A stretch of DNA of 64,000 nucleotides from positions 7,198 to 71,197 of the forward strand of contig CAZDIP010000004.1 in the NCBI GenBank assembly GCA_964505635.1, in the 5' to 3' direction. The notes beneath the pieces are model-generated. The model was not told where the DNA came from and made no database searches. It saw only the letters and a list, made by a program, of their open reading frames with translations. Within the stretch, counting starts at the first letter, position 1, and each line of letters opens with the position of its first letter. Positions 34,792 through 45,144 of this stretch are shown here, piece by piece. Origin of the DNA: an uncultured Candidatus Saccharibacteria bacterium. GTDB taxonomy: Bacteria; Patescibacteriota; Doudnabacteria; UBA920. The position numbers and the translations under genes are program-made.

Positions 34792-36687
34792 TTGGCCGAA
34801 AAAAAAATTAAACATATGGGATTACACGACAAGTTTATGCAAAAAGATGGGCCTTATGCCAAATGGCACAGGCACCCGATGCACAAAATTGGCCAGTGGG
34901 CTTTACTGCTTTTAGTGGTTGGTAGCGTGGGGTATTTATTGGTAAACAGGACCAATGACCCTTATGCTGAAAATTATGGCCTGAATTCAAAGGCCTCCAA
35001 CCAAGGGCAGGATGGCCCGCCTAATTTATTTAAAGGAGAGACATTTTTTAAGGAAAGCGGTAAATACGGCCTAGAAGCTGAAGAAGACGATGTAAATACG
35101 GATTTAATTGAAAGAGGTACGGATAAAATGAAAATTAAGCTACCCGGGGAACGAAATATTGTGGTCAGCAAAAAGAAGTTTGAAAAACGCGGTATGGGTG
35201 ACGCTGTATGGCATGGTGAGGTAGAGGGAAGGAGCGATTCCAGCGTTTCTATTACTTTAAAAAATGGTTTTGTGGCGGGAGCAATAAATATTGGCGGGGA
35301 ATTATATGAAATAAGGCCGGGACAGGGCACAAAGCATACTGTTGAAAAAATGGATTCAACTGCTTTTCCGCCTGAGTCCGATGTTCATTTAGCCACAGCT
35401 GATGATACTTTGAGCCAGGACGCGCTTACAGGTTCTGGCGCTGTGTTAAATGAAGGGGTTGTGCAAATTGACTTGCTTTCTGTTTATACACCGCAGGCCA
35501 GGACTGCGGCAGGCGGGGTCGCACAGATTGACTCACTAATCCAGGCTGCGGTAGACAGGGCTAATCTTTCTTTTACCAACAGCCAGGTTAACGCGCATTA
35601 TAATTTAGTTGCTACGGCCGAAGTTGCTTATAATGATTCTGGAACAACCTCAACTGATTTATATTGGCTTCGTTCTGATGCCAATGTGGCTAGCCTTAGA
35701 AACCAATACGGCGCTGATATGGTTTCCATGATGGTGTCAAATGGCGGCAGCGCTTGTGGAACTGGGTTTTTGTATACGGCTTCCGCATCTTCCGCTTTCC
35801 AGGTTACTGACATGGATTGTGCGGTTGGTAATTTAACCTTTGCACACGAACACGGGCATAATCTTGGTATGGGGCATGATCCTTCAACTACAAACCAAGG
35901 TATTTATTCATACTCCTGGGGACATGGAGTTAACGGTGTTTTTCGAACGGTAATGGCATACGCTTCTGCTTGCTCTTCAGGCTGTACCCGTTTGCCCTAT
36001 TTTTCTAATCCAAATGTAATGTATTCGGGGTATGCTACAGGTATTGCTGACCAAAGGGATCATGCCAGAACCGCAAACCAGACTGTTGCAACGGTTGCCG
36101 GTTTTAGAAGCGCTCCGGGCAGTACAAATATACCAGCTTCGCCAAGTTCTCTTTCTGCTTCTGCAGTCTCAACATCCCAAATTAAATTAACCTGGACTGA
36201 TAATGCTGTTGACGAGCTGGGTTTTAAAGTCCAGCGCTCGTTAGACGGCGCTAATTTTACCCAAATCGCAGATATTGGCACGAACGTAACAAGTTATACT
36301 AATTCGGGACTTGCCGCCAATACAACTTATTACTACAGAATTCTTGCTTATAATAGCGCCGGAGACTCAGGTTCAAGTAATATAGCTAATGCCACGACTT
36401 TTATTGCAGACATTCAAGCTCCTTCAGTCAGCATAACCAGCCCAGTTGACGGCGCTAAAATTAGCGGCAGCAGAGTGGAAATAGCTGCCACAGCCAGCGA
36501 CAACGTGGGAGTTACCAGCGTGCAATTTTATATAGACGGTAAAGCCAGCGGGTCCGACACCTCGGCTTCTTATACTTACCGCTGGAATGTAAATAGAAAA
36601 GTTGCTAACGGCAGTCATACCATAATGGCCAGAGCCTATGATGCGGCGGGTAATAGTTCAACCTCCAGCATTACGGTTACAAAGTAA
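34792..36687 (+). CDS. Secreted/membrane-anchored metzincin metalloprotease (HEHGHNLGMGHD; reprolysin/M12B-like) with C-terminal fibronectin-III and Ig-like (Big) domains
   Basis: HExxHxxGxxHD zinc motif, N-terminal TM/signal, FN3-like SASAVSTSQIKLTWTD...YYYRILAYN, Big-like C-terminus; 631 aa. Confidence 0.75.
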   Translation: MAEKKIKHMGLHDKFMQKDGPYAKWHRHPMHKIGQWALLLLVVGSVGYLLVNRTNDPYAENYGLNSKASNQGQDGPPNLFKGETFFKESGKYGLEAEEDDVNTDLIERGTDKMKIKLPGERNIVVSKKKFEKRGMGDAVWHGEVEGRSDSSVSITLKNGFVAGAINIGGELYEIRPGQGTKHTVEKMDSTAFPPESDVHLATADDTLSQDALTGSGAVLNEGVVQIDLLSVYTPQARTAAGGVAQIDSLIQAAVDRANLSFTNSQVNAHYNLVATAEVAYNDSGTTSTDLYWLRSDANVASLRNQYGADMVSMMVSNGGSACGTGFLYTASASSAFQVTDMDCAVGNLTFAHEHGHNLGMGHDPSTTNQGIYSYSWGHGVNGVFRTVMAYASACSSGCTRLPYFSNPNVMYSGYATGIADQRDHARTANQTVATVAGFRSAPGSTNIPASPSSLSASAVSTSQIKLTWTDNAVDELGFKVQRSLDGANFTQIADIGTNVTSYTNSGLAANTTYYYRILAYNSAGDSGSSNIANATTFIADIQAPSVSITSPVDGAKISGSRVEIAATASDNVGVTSVQFYIDGKASGSDTSASYTYRWNVNRKVANGSHTIMARAYDAAGNSSTSSITVTK

Positions 36688-36703
36688 GTTAAGATAAACT
36701 TAA

Positions 36704-36738
36704 GAGACTCTTCTGCCAGGGGCAGAAGAGTCTCTTTT
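36704..36738 (+). terminator. Rho-independent terminator (agagactcttctgcc-aggg-gcagaagagtctct + TTTT)
   Basis: Perfect 15-bp stem. Confidence 0.85.
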
Positions 36739-36945
36739 GCTAGTTTGACATTTTAGCTCTAGTTGGGTAAAATAAGAATAATTGAATAAGAAACCCCCCG
36801 CCCAGGCGGGGAATTACTCAATTTGTCGATGTGTTTGAGAAGTTAATCCTAAAGGTTTCAGGATAGTATCGAACGCACGAAGTAGCAAAAATCCAAAGTT
36901 TTGCGCGTGGATTTTTTTGTTGCTTGGAATAATAATTTAAGTAGT

Positions 36946-36974
36946 CACCATTCCGAACGTAAGTGAGGAATTCC
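36946..36974. repeat. Family-1 repeat copy C (degenerate) in the rpsL upstream region
   Basis: caccattccgaacgtaagtgaggaattcc. Confidence 0.6.
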
Positions 36975-37043
36975 TTATATTATGAAGGGATCCTTCTCCG
37001 CCAGCCGGCGGATCTGGATGGCGGCAGAAGGAATTAAGAAATA

Positions 37044-37457
37044 ATGCCTACTATAAATCAGCTCGTACGAAAAGGCCGCAGGCCTTTAAAGGCCAAGAGC
37101 AAATCTCCGGCGCTTCAGCGCAGGATAAACTTGATTAAAAATCGGGTAATTCCTTTAAAAACCGGTTCGCCTTTTATGCGCGGGGTTTGTTTAAAGGTTT
37201 ATACCACCACGCCAAAAAAGCCGAACTCAGCTTTGCGCAAAGTGGCTAAGGTCAAATTGACTAATGGGATGGAAGTTATTGCTTACATTCCAGGCATTGG
37301 CCATAATTTGCAGGAACACTCGGTGGTTATGATCCGCGGCGGCAGGGTAAAAGACTTGCCTGGCGTGCGCTATCATATTGTTAGAGGAAAACTGGACACA
37401 CTAGGCGTTGACGGTCGAAAACGCGGCAGAAGTAAATATGGAGCGAAAAATAAGTAA
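37044..37457 (+). CDS. rpsL: 30S ribosomal protein S12
   Basis: [12 protein letters not shown]...; 137 aa. Confidence 0.97.
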   Translation: MPTINQLVRKGRRPLKAKSKSPALQRRINLIKNRVIPLKTGSPFMRGVCLKVYTTTPKKPNSALRKVAKVKLTNGMEVIAYIPGIGHNLQEHSVVMIRGGRVKDLPGVRYHIVRGKLDTLGVDGRKRGRSKYGAKNK

Positions 37458-37560
37458 AAGGAATGACAAGAATGACATGATTGACCAAGAATGACAAGAA
37501 TGTAAACAATTGAAATCTTGCTCAATCATTTAAATCTTTTAAATCCTGTCAATTAATTCT

Positions 37561-38157
37561 ATGCCAAGAAAATCACGTTCATACGACAAACACACTCCCG
37601 ATCCGGATCCAAAATACGGTTCGGTTAAATATGCTAAATTTATTAACTATTTAATGGAGCGCGGCAAAAAAAATGTAGCCCGCAAGATTTTTTACGATGC
37701 CTTGGAAATAGTGGGGGAAAAGGCGAAAGATTTAGCTAAATCTGCGCCGGTTGCTTCAAAGACCCCCTCATCTGCCGCGTCTAAAGACGCGGCACCTTCT
37801 CCCACAAGGGGAGAAGGAAATAAGGAAAAATCTTTGGACGGAAGACAGGTTTTTGATATAGCCTTAAAAAACATAGCGCCGATTATGGAATTAAAGTCCC
37901 GCCGTATTGGCGGAGCTAACTATCAGGTGCCTATGGAAGTTATGGAACCGCGCAAAACCACTCTTGCCATGCGCTGGCTTTTGATTGCCTGCCGTGCGAA
38001 AAAAGGCGCCCGGATGGCCGAAAAGTTGGCCGCTGAAATTATGGAAGCCTTTAACAAACAAGGCGCGGCTATTAAAAAACGCGAAGATGTTCACAGGATG
38101 GCAGAAGCCAACAAAGCTTTTGCTCACTTTGCTAGGTTTGGGAATAAGAGGAGATAA
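37561..38157 (+). CDS. rpsG: 30S ribosomal protein S7 with a ~38-aa repeat-derived in-frame insertion
   Basis: S7 core (KSRRIGGANYQVPMEV...KREDVHRMAEANKAFAHF). 198 aa versus ~156 typical; inserted segment LAKSAPVASKTPSSAASKDAAPSPTRGEGNKEKSLDGR is encoded by palindromic DNA. Confidence 0.93.
   Translation: MPRKSRSYDKHTPDPDPKYGSVKYAKFINYLMERGKKNVARKIFYDALEIVGEKAKDLAKSAPVASKTPSSAASKDAAPSPTRGEGNKEKSLDGRQVFDIALKNIAPIMELKSRRIGGANYQVPMEVMEPRKTTLAMRWLLIACRAKKGARMAEKLAAEIMEAFNKQGAAIKKREDVHRMAEANKAFAHFARFGNKRR
37775..37817. repeat. Family-2 element inside rpsG, in frame (hairpins gccgcgtc-taaa-gacgcggc and cttctccc-acaa-gggagaag)
   Basis: Seen directly; accounts for the S7 insertion. Confidence 0.8.
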
Positions 38158-38627
38158 AGCTACAGAAGCTAAATTACTATGCTAGTGTTTGTATCTGTGA
38201 AATCTGTGTGCAGAAAAAATCTGCGAGTTAGAACTTTTACAAAAAGAAAAGCGCCGCAGTCACCGTTGAAGGTAAAAGGGCGCGGTTAGGCGGACAATAA
38301 AACGTCCGCTATGTGGTTTTCCTCCTTGACTTTGGAAGCTTTTGTCCACACTTAGGGCAAAATTTTGTCTCTTTTTCAGACAGGAATATTTTGCCGTTCC
38401 TTCCGGTGCTCCAATGGAGGATGTCTGCTCGGACTCCCATGGAGTCCTTAATGTCTTGGCAAACTCTGCACTTTTTCATAGCAGCGTAAAGATATCAAGA
38501 AAATGCCAATGCTGTAAAGGCTCTAAAATCATCAAAAAACAATAAGTCTAATAGGTCTTAAATAGGACCGATGAGACACAAAAATTTAAAAACTAACAAC
38601 TAATAACTATTCACTAACAACTATCTT

Positions 38628-40751
38628 ATGCCCCGAGAATATCCCATAGAACAAACCCGTAACATTGGCATTATTGCCCACATTGACGCGGGTAAAACCA
38701 CGGTTACCGAAGGTATTTTATACAATACCGGCATGATCCATAAAATCGGCGCGGTGCACGAAGGCGAGACCACGACCGACTGGATGGAGCAGGAACGCGA
38801 GCGCGGAATTACGATTACCGCGGCCGCGGTGACTTGCTATTGGACACCCAGGTTTATTAAACTGGCCGGCGACACCAAGCACAAAATCAACATTATAGAC
38901 ACCCCGGGACACGTGGATTTTACCGTGGAAGTAGAGCGCTCTTTGCGCGTTTTAGACGGCGCGGTTGTGGTATTTGACGGAAAAATGGGCGTAGAGCCTC
39001 AAAGCGAAACCGTATGGCGCCAGGCTGACAAGTACAATGTGCCCCGCATGTGTTTTATTAACAAAATCAACCAGACCGGAGGCGACTTTTACAAGTCCTT
39101 AGACTCCATTCATAAAAGGCTTTCTCCCAACGCTTTTCCTATTCAGCTGCCAATTGGTTTTGAAAAGGAAATTGTTGGCGTAGTGGATTTAATTAACATG
39201 AAGGCTTATACCTACAAGGACTACACTGACAAGGAGTTTGTGATAGGCGAAGTACCGGCTAGTATGATGGAAAAAGCCAAAGAGTACCGACATAAGCTTT
39301 TGGAAAAAGTCGTGGAAAGCGACGACGCTTTAATGGAAAAGTATTTAAATGGACAGGAATTAACCGAAGCGGAATTTTTAACCGCAATTCGTAAAGCCGT
39401 TCAGTCAGCCAAGTTTTTCCCCGTGTTAGGCGGAGACGGGCGCGGGATTATTGTGCAGACTATTTTGGACGCGGTAACTAACTTTTTACCAAGCCCAACT
39501 GACCGCGGGGAAGTAAAAGGCCATGACTTAAAAACCGGAGCCGAAATTATTAGAAAACCCAACGACTCAGAGCCGTTTACCGCCCTGGCGTTTAAAATTG
39601 CCACCGACCCTTTTGTCGGCCGCCTGTGTTTTTTTAGAGTTTATGCCGGGCATTTGGAGGCCGGCAGTTATGTGCTTAACGCCCGCACTGGGGATAAAGA
39701 ACGCGTGGGCCGCATTGTGCGCATGCGTGCTGACCAAAGAGACGAGGTTAAAGAAGTTTTTGCAGGCGACATTTGCGCGCTTGTAGGGCCAAAAAATACT
39801 TTTACCGGAGACACTTTGTGCGACGTAGACAAGCCTGTTCAGTTAGAAGCTATTAAGTTTGCCGAGCCGGTTATAAGTATGGCGATTGAACCTAAAACCA
39901 AAGCAGACCAGGAAAAAATGGGCATTGCTTTGCAAAAATTGGCGGAGGAAGATCCGACTTTCAGGCTTTCCACCAACGAAGAAACCCAACAGACTATTAT
40001 TGCCGGTATGGGAGAATTGCATTTGGAAATTATTGTTGACCGCATGAAGCGGGAATTTAAGGTGGAAGCAAACGTGGGTAAGCCGGAAGTCGCTTACAAA
40101 GAAACCTTTAAGAAAATTGCCGAAGCGGAAAGCAAATACATTCGCCAGACCGGCGGACGCGGCCAATACGGCCACTGCTGGATTCGGGTTGAGCCGCTTG
40201 AACGCGGCAAGGGCTATGAATTCGTGGACGAGGTTGTCGGCGGCGTTATTCCCAAAGAATATATTAAGCCGATAGACAAAGGCATTCAAGAATCGGCCGC
40301 TAACGGCGTGATTGCCGGTTACCCCTTGGTGGACTTTAGGGCTGCGGTGTTTGACGGAAGCTATCACGAAGTGGACTCTAGCGAAATGGCCTTTAAAATC
40401 GCGGGTAGCAAGGCGTTGCAGGACGCGGTGAAAAAAGCCGACCCGATAATTTTAGAGCCGATTATGAAAGTGGAGGTTATAACCCCCGAAGCCAACATGG
40501 GCGACGTAATTGGCGACCTTAACAGCAAACGCGCCCAAATTAACGAAATGATTGACCGCATGCACTTAAAAGTTATAGATGCTTTTGTTCCTTTAAGCGA
40601 AATGTTCGGCTATGCTACCGCACTGCGCAGCATGACCCAGGGCCAGGCTTCCTACACAATGGAATTTGACCATTATTCAGAAGTGCCGAAAAATGTTGCT
40701 GCCAGCATTATTGAAAGCCGCGCCGGGATAAATGTCAGAAAAGGAATGTAG
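38628..40751 (+). CDS. fusA: Elongation factor G
   Basis: [17 protein letters not shown], full five-domain length of 707 aa. Confidence 0.97.
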   Translation: MPREYPIEQTRNIGIIAHIDAGKTTVTEGILYNTGMIHKIGAVHEGETTTDWMEQERERGITITAAAVTCYWTPRFIKLAGDTKHKINIIDTPGHVDFTVEVERSLRVLDGAVVVFDGKMGVEPQSETVWRQADKYNVPRMCFINKINQTGGDFYKSLDSIHKRLSPNAFPIQLPIGFEKEIVGVVDLINMKAYTYKDYTDKEFVIGEVPASMMEKAKEYRHKLLEKVVESDDALMEKYLNGQELTEAEFLTAIRKAVQSAKFFPVLGGDGRGIIVQTILDAVTNFLPSPTDRGEVKGHDLKTGAEIIRKPNDSEPFTALAFKIATDPFVGRLCFFRVYAGHLEAGSYVLNARTGDKERVGRIVRMRADQRDEVKEVFAGDICALVGPKNTFTGDTLCDVDKPVQLEAIKFAEPVISMAIEPKTKADQEKMGIALQKLAEEDPTFRLSTNEETQQTIIAGMGELHLEIIVDRMKREFKVEANVGKPEVAYKETFKKIAEAESKYIRQTGGRGQYGHCWIRVEPLERGKGYEFVDEVVGGVIPKEYIKPIDKGIQESAANGVIAGYPLVDFRAAVFDGSYHEVDSSEMAFKIAGSKALQDAVKKADPIILEPIMKVEVITPEANMGDVIGDLNSKRAQINEMIDRMHLKVIDAFVPLSEMFGYATALRSMTQGQASYTMEFDHYSEVPKNVAASIIESRAGINVRKGM

Positions 40752-40891
40752 AGCTACAGAAGCTACAGATGGGATGCGCTACAGATGCCTACAGAAAACT
40801 ACAGAAATTAAATAACAAATTTCAAATTAAAAAAAGCGCCGGCGGTGGTGCCGGCGCAAGGCGATCCAGGGAAAGTTGATGGACACAATAA

Positions 40892-41086
40892 TTAGATGTA
40901 TCGGATTGGAATTCCTCGACGCCGGTCCCACCAGTCGCCTATTCCAACAACAATAAGAGTTGCTACCAGAGCACCGGGAATTGTCAGAATGGTTATTGGC
41001 CAAAAAACGTCTTCCAACCCCAGCATCCAGTAAAGGTAGCAGACCAGTCCGTACACCAAAAGAACTACCAGGATGGTTATTATCAT
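40892..41086 (-). CDS. Possible small membrane protein (64 aa) on the minus strand between fusA and tuf
   Basis: Two hydrophobic helices; AGGAA-like RBS upstream on the minus strand. Confidence 0.35.
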   Translation of the reverse strand: MIITILVVLLVYGLVCYLYWMLGLEDVFWPITILTIPGALVATLIVVGIGDWWDRRRGIPIRYI

Positions 41087-41152
41087 GGATGTTCCTGTTT
41101 CTTTTTCAGATTTAATCTATCAGTTTATCCAGAGAATGTAAATATAGAATTT

Positions 41153-41491
41153 ATGTCTACATTAAATGATTTAATCAAACTAGCAAAGGCGGACGGGGGA
41201 AAGTTTTTTGTGCTGGATGAAGCTGGCGAGGTAAAGTTGGTTATAATGCCTTTGGAAGAATATAAAAGTTTGACTGTGGGCAAGGCTGTAAAATCTGCTT
41301 TAGACCCGGAAACGGTTAATAAGCAAATTATCAAAGCCCAACTTGAAGACGTTTCTGAACTTACACCCGCATCTGCGCCAAAAAGCCCGCAAGTGCAGAG
41401 CCTGGATTTGGAAAAACGCGATTTAAGGGAAGAAGTTATAGATTTAAGTTTTGATTTTGACGGACCAAAAACTGATTTTGACGACCTGTAA
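41153..41491 (+). CDS. Hypothetical acidic protein (112 aa)
   Basis: ORF track. Confidence 0.4.
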   Translation: MSTLNDLIKLAKADGGKFFVLDEAGEVKLVIMPLEEYKSLTVGKAVKSALDPETVNKQIIKAQLEDVSELTPASAPKSPQVQSLDLEKRDLREEVIDLSFDFDGPKTDFDDL

Positions 41492-41506
41492 AGTACAAAG
41501 TACAAG

Positions 41507-41535
41507 TTGACATAAAGTTATTTTTTGGGTAAAAT
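41507..41535 (+). promoter_or_regulatory. Sigma-70-type promoter TTGACA-17-TAAAAT with ~245-nt leader to tuf
   Basis: Consensus -35, 17-nt spacer, -10 TAAAAT. The leader contains a family-1 repeat copy and GC hairpins. Confidence 0.5.
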
Positions 41536-41554
41536 TTTTTTGCAACTTCCGGCG

Positions 41555-41578
41555 TCATTCCGAGCGTGGCGAGGAATC
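41555..41578. repeat. Family-1 repeat copy D in the tuf 5' leader
   Basis: tcattccgagcgtggcgaggaatc. Confidence 0.8.
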
Positions 41579-41779
41579 TACTAAATATGATCTGATTTTT
41601 GACTTCGTTTGGGATGATGCCGAAAGACTGAGTTAATAAAACTAATAAATTAATCGTAGCCCTGGATTCCGAAAGGATAGAAAGAGAAAAACCCTTGGCT
41701 TTGCGCCGATCGATAGGCGCGGGGTTAAGGGTTTCTCGGGCGAAATTCCGCCTCTGGCGGGATAAGAAAGGTAAAATAA

Positions 41780-42961
41780 ATGGCAGACAAGTTTGACAGA
41801 AGCAAAACCCACGTAAACGTGGGTACCATTGGCCACGTTGACCATGGTAAAACCACATTAACCGCGGCAATTACCACCGTGCTTTCCAAAACCGGCGGTG
41901 CGAAAGCCAGGGCTTACGACAGCATTGACAATGCCCCGGAAGAAAAGGCTCGCGGTATTACCATTAATACCGCCCACGTGGAATATGAAAGCGCCAAGCG
42001 CCACTATGCCCACGTAGACTGTCCGGGTCACGCTGACTACATCAAAAACATGATTACCGGCGCCGCTCAAATGGACGGGGCGATTTTGGTAGTTTCAGCC
42101 GCTGACGGACCTATGCCGCAGACTCGCGAACACATTTTGCTCGCCCGCCAGGTAGGCGTGCCGTACATTGTGGTTTATATGAACAAGTGCGACATGGTGC
42201 AGGACAAGGAACTTTTGGACTTGGTGGAAGAAGAAATCCGCGACTTGCTCAACAAGTACGAATTTCCCGGCAAAGACACCCCAATTATCCGCGGCAGCGC
42301 CTTAAAAGCTTTGGAAGGCGACGCGGAATATGAAAAAACCATTCATCAATTGGTTGAAACTTTGGATAGTTATATCCCGGATCCGGTTAGAGAAACCGAC
42401 AAGCCTTTCCTAATGCCGATTGAAGATATATTCTCAATCGAAGGCCGAGGAACTGTGGTTACCGGAAGAATTGAACGCGGACAAGTTAAAGTCAACGAAG
42501 AAATTGAAATTGTCGGTATTCGCCCAACAACTAAAACCGTAGTAACTGGTATTGAAATGTTTAATAAGCAGTTAGACAGCGGTTTGGCAGGGGACAATGC
42601 CGGTGTTTTGCTTCGCGGCACTAAAAAAGACGAAGTGGAACGCGGCCAGGTTTTGTGCAAGCCGGGATCCATTAACCCGCATACTGAATTTGAAGCTGAG
42701 GTTTATATTTTAACCAAAGAAGAAGGCGGTCGACACACCCCGTTCTTTAAAGGTTATAAGCCGCAATTTTATGTCCGCACTACCGATGTGACCGGTGAAG
42801 TGATTTTGCCGGAAGGCCAGGAAATGGTTATGCCGGGCGACACCGTTAAATTGGTTATTAAATTAATTACTCCGGTGGCTTTGGAAGAAAAGGGCAAGTT
42901 TGCCATTCGCGAAGGCGGTCATACTGTAGGAGCCGGTGTTGTTACCAAGATCATCAAATAA
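41780..42961 (+). CDS. tuf: Elongation factor Tu
   Basis: GHVDHGKTT...DCPGHADY...NKCD; 393 aa. Confidence 0.98.
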   Translation: MADKFDRSKTHVNVGTIGHVDHGKTTLTAAITTVLSKTGGAKARAYDSIDNAPEEKARGITINTAHVEYESAKRHYAHVDCPGHADYIKNMITGAAQMDGAILVVSAADGPMPQTREHILLARQVGVPYIVVYMNKCDMVQDKELLDLVEEEIRDLLNKYEFPGKDTPIIRGSALKALEGDAEYEKTIHQLVETLDSYIPDPVRETDKPFLMPIEDIFSIEGRGTVVTGRIERGQVKVNEEIEIVGIRPTTKTVVTGIEMFNKQLDSGLAGDNAGVLLRGTKKDEVERGQVLCKPGSINPHTEFEAEVYILTKEEGGRHTPFFKGYKPQFYVRTTDVTGEVILPEGQEMVMPGDTVKLVIKLITPVALEEKGKFAIREGGHTVGAGVVTKIIK

Positions 42962-42987
42962 TCAAAATTTGACAGTCTGTGAAAAAG

Positions 42988-43017
42988 AAAAACCCTCTTT
43001 TAGAGGGTTTTTCTTTT
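42988..43017 (+). terminator. Rho-independent terminator after tuf (aaaccctc-tttta-gagggttt + T-run)
   Basis: Seen directly. Confidence 0.8.
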
Positions 43018-43104
43018 AACTAAGCGGAAAAGAAAAAAAAGAGATAAAAATAATAATGTATAATTATAACACATATTTATATAATTGTCAATATAAGTTA
43101 AATG

Positions 43105-43133
43105 TTGACAATATTGCCATTATGCTTTAAACT
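43105..43133 (+). promoter_or_regulatory. Candidate S10-operon promoter TTGACA-17-TAAACT
   Basis: -35 43105-43110; -10 43128-43133; about 65 nt upstream of rpsJ. Confidence 0.4.
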
Positions 43134-43197
43134 ATTGCAAGTTGCTTAATTATATTTAAGCGCAATTTTATTTAATCTTTTAAGTAGTACTTTTCAA

Positions 43198-43524
43198 ATG
43201 GAAAAGGAAGCGGTAAAACAGCCTAAAATTAGAATAAAAATCAGGGCTTATGACCATAAGCTTATTGATCAAAGCTGTAAACAGATAGTGGAAACTGCCA
43301 AACGGACCGGCGCAAGAATCAACGGTCCTATTCCTTTGCCTACCGATAATAAAAAATACACCGTACTTCGTTCCACTTTTGTCCATAAAGACAGCCGCGA
43401 ACAGTTTGAAATGCGAACCCATAAGAGATTAATAGACATTTTAGACGCTACCCCGAAAACCATTGATTCTTTAACTAATCTGAATTTACCCGCCGGCGTT
43501 GATGTGGAAATAAAAATGAGTTAA
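43198..43524 (+). CDS. rpsJ: 30S ribosomal protein S10
   Basis: [16 protein letters not shown]...INGPIPLPT. Confidence 0.95.
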   Translation: MEKEAVKQPKIRIKIRAYDHKLIDQSCKQIVETAKRTGARINGPIPLPTDNKKYTVLRSTFVHKDSREQFEMRTHKRLIDILDATPKTIDSLTNLNLPAGVDVEIKMS

Positions 43525-43705
43525 TCCGCTAATTGTAAATTTTACTAAGAATACAAATCTAAAAGTTTTGTAGCATAAATACAACTAGCAGTTAGCGAAT
43601 AAGATGAGTTGGTTCTTTTATCCCAAATCCGCGAGACAGCGAATCAGGATATTTAGATAACGATTCATTCACATAAGTAAAAGAAAGCACAGCTTTCATT
43701 TATTC

Positions 43706-43736
43706 ATGCGGGTGAGTCGCCCGCATTTATTTTTTG
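43706..43736 (+). terminator. Terminator/attenuator-like hairpin (atgcgggtgagtcgcccgcat + TTATTTTTT) inside the rpsJ-rplC spacer
   Basis: 8-bp GC-rich stem plus U-run, 17 nt before the rplC start. Confidence 0.5.
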
Positions 43737-43752
43737 CAAAATAACAAATACA

Positions 43753-44415
43753 ATGAACTTTGCCTTTGGAACCAAATTAAATATGAGCCAGTATTTTGAC
43801 GAAAAATCCGGGGAAGTTATCCCGGTAACTGTCGTTAAGGCTGCTCCTATGGTTGTTACCCAGGTTAAGTCCACGGAAGGCAAAGACAAATATAATGCCG
43901 TCCAGGTTGGAATTGGCAAAAAGAAAAAGCTTTCTAAATCTTTACAGGGCCATATGAAAGATTTGGGAAGTTTTTCCGTTTTGGCTGAATTTCGGGTTAA
44001 TGACACTAAAGATTTGGAACGCGGTAAAAAATTAGACGTTTCGGCGTTTCAGGTAGGCGAGCTGGTTAATGTAATTGGAATTTCCAAAGGCCGTGGATTT
44101 GCAGGCGCTATTAAACGCCATGGTTTTGCGGGTTTTCCGGCTAGTCATGGCCATAACAAGCCCCGTAGCGTAGGCAGCATAGGTCAGCGTTTTCCACAAC
44201 ATACCAGAAAAGGCCTTAGGATGTCAGGCCATATGGGAGTTACCCAGGTGACGGTTAAAAATTTGCAGGTAGTGGAAGTTGACGCTAAGAGGCATTTGAT
44301 TTCTTTGAGAGGCGCGGTTCCCGGACACCGAAACGGGATGGTTAAGATTGTTTCTACCGGTAAAGTCAAGCCATTGGTAAGAATTGAAGAATTTAAGGAA
44401 GTAAAGAAGAAGTAA
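43753..44415 (+). CDS. rplC: 50S ribosomal protein L3
   Basis: L3 N-terminal layout (GTKLNMSQYFDEKSGEVIPVTVV) and conserved central and C-terminal regions; 220 aa. Confidence 0.93.
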   Translation: MNFAFGTKLNMSQYFDEKSGEVIPVTVVKAAPMVVTQVKSTEGKDKYNAVQVGIGKKKKLSKSLQGHMKDLGSFSVLAEFRVNDTKDLERGKKLDVSAFQVGELVNVIGISKGRGFAGAIKRHGFAGFPASHGHNKPRSVGSIGQRFPQHTRKGLRMSGHMGVTQVTVKNLQVVEVDAKRHLISLRGAVPGHRNGMVKIVSTGKVKPLVRIEEFKEVKKK

Positions 44416-44457
44416 TTTAGTAAGTAGTCGGCAGTAAGCAGCAAGCAGCCAGAAGAT

Positions 44458-45129
44458 TTGACTGCCAACTATCAAACTCCTATGAAAGTATCTTTATACA
44501 ATCAACTGGCAGAGAAAATCGGCGACGTGGATTTGAATCCGAAGATTTTTGAAGTAAAGTCCAAGAAGCATCTTTTGGCAGAAGCAGCTAGAATAGCTTT
44601 GTCCAATGCCCGTCAGGGAACCAGTAATACTAAGACTCGCGGCGAAGTAAGGGGCGGCGGTAAAAAACCCTGGAAACAGAAAGGCACGGGCAGGGCGCGC
44701 GCCGGCAGCATCAGAAGTCCAATTTGGCGTAAAGGAGGTATTACCTTTGGCCCGAGAGCAAACCAAAATTGGGAATTAAAGCTTAATAAGAAGGCAAAAA
44801 AGCAAGCCTTGTTTATGACCCTGTCAGATAAAGCCAAGGAAAACGCCCTATTTGTAGTGGACCGGTTAGTTTTGGAGAAAAATAAAACCAAAGAATTTAT
44901 GGAAGTTCTCAAAGCTTTTCATAAGTCCATAAAATCTTTTGGGAAAAGGCATTTACTGCTTTTGCCCAAGAATGAATCAGGGATAGTAAGAGCCAGCAGA
45001 AATATTCCGTCGGTTATGCCGGTATTAGCTTCCAATTTAAATTTGATTGATGTATTAAAAGCAGACAGTGTTTTAGTAACCAAAGATTCTTTGGAAACTT
45101 TAGAAAAAACTTTTTTAAGTGAGAAATAG
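44458..45129 (+). CDS. rplD: 50S ribosomal protein L4
   Basis: GGGKKPWKQKGTGRARAGSIRSPIWRKGG motif; 223 aa. Confidence 0.93.
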   Translation: MTANYQTPMKVSLYNQLAEKIGDVDLNPKIFEVKSKKHLLAEAARIALSNARQGTSNTKTRGEVRGGGKKPWKQKGTGRARAGSIRSPIWRKGGITFGPRANQNWELKLNKKAKKQALFMTLSDKAKENALFVVDRLVLEKNKTKEFMEVLKAFHKSIKSFGKRHLLLLPKNESGIVRASRNIPSVMPVLASNLNLIDVLKADSVLVTKDSLETLEKTFLSEK

Positions 45130-45144
45130 CATCACTAACCATTT

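Noticed and set aside
38342-38545. 67-aa Cys-rich ORF in the rpsG-fusA spacer
   Set aside because: No Shine-Dalgarno sequence, atypical composition, and it overlaps palindromic hairpins; more likely non-coding. It is discussed only as part of the spacer finding.
40745-40810. Possible CRISPR array (tandem CTACAGA and other short repeats)
   Set aside because: Units are 7-14 nt with no unique spacers and no cas genes; they are microsatellite-like tandem repeats, not CRISPR.
41436-41870. 144-aa minus-strand ORF across the tuf leader and tuf start
   Set aside because: It is antisense to the tuf promoter/leader and the tuf N-terminus; a shadow ORF.
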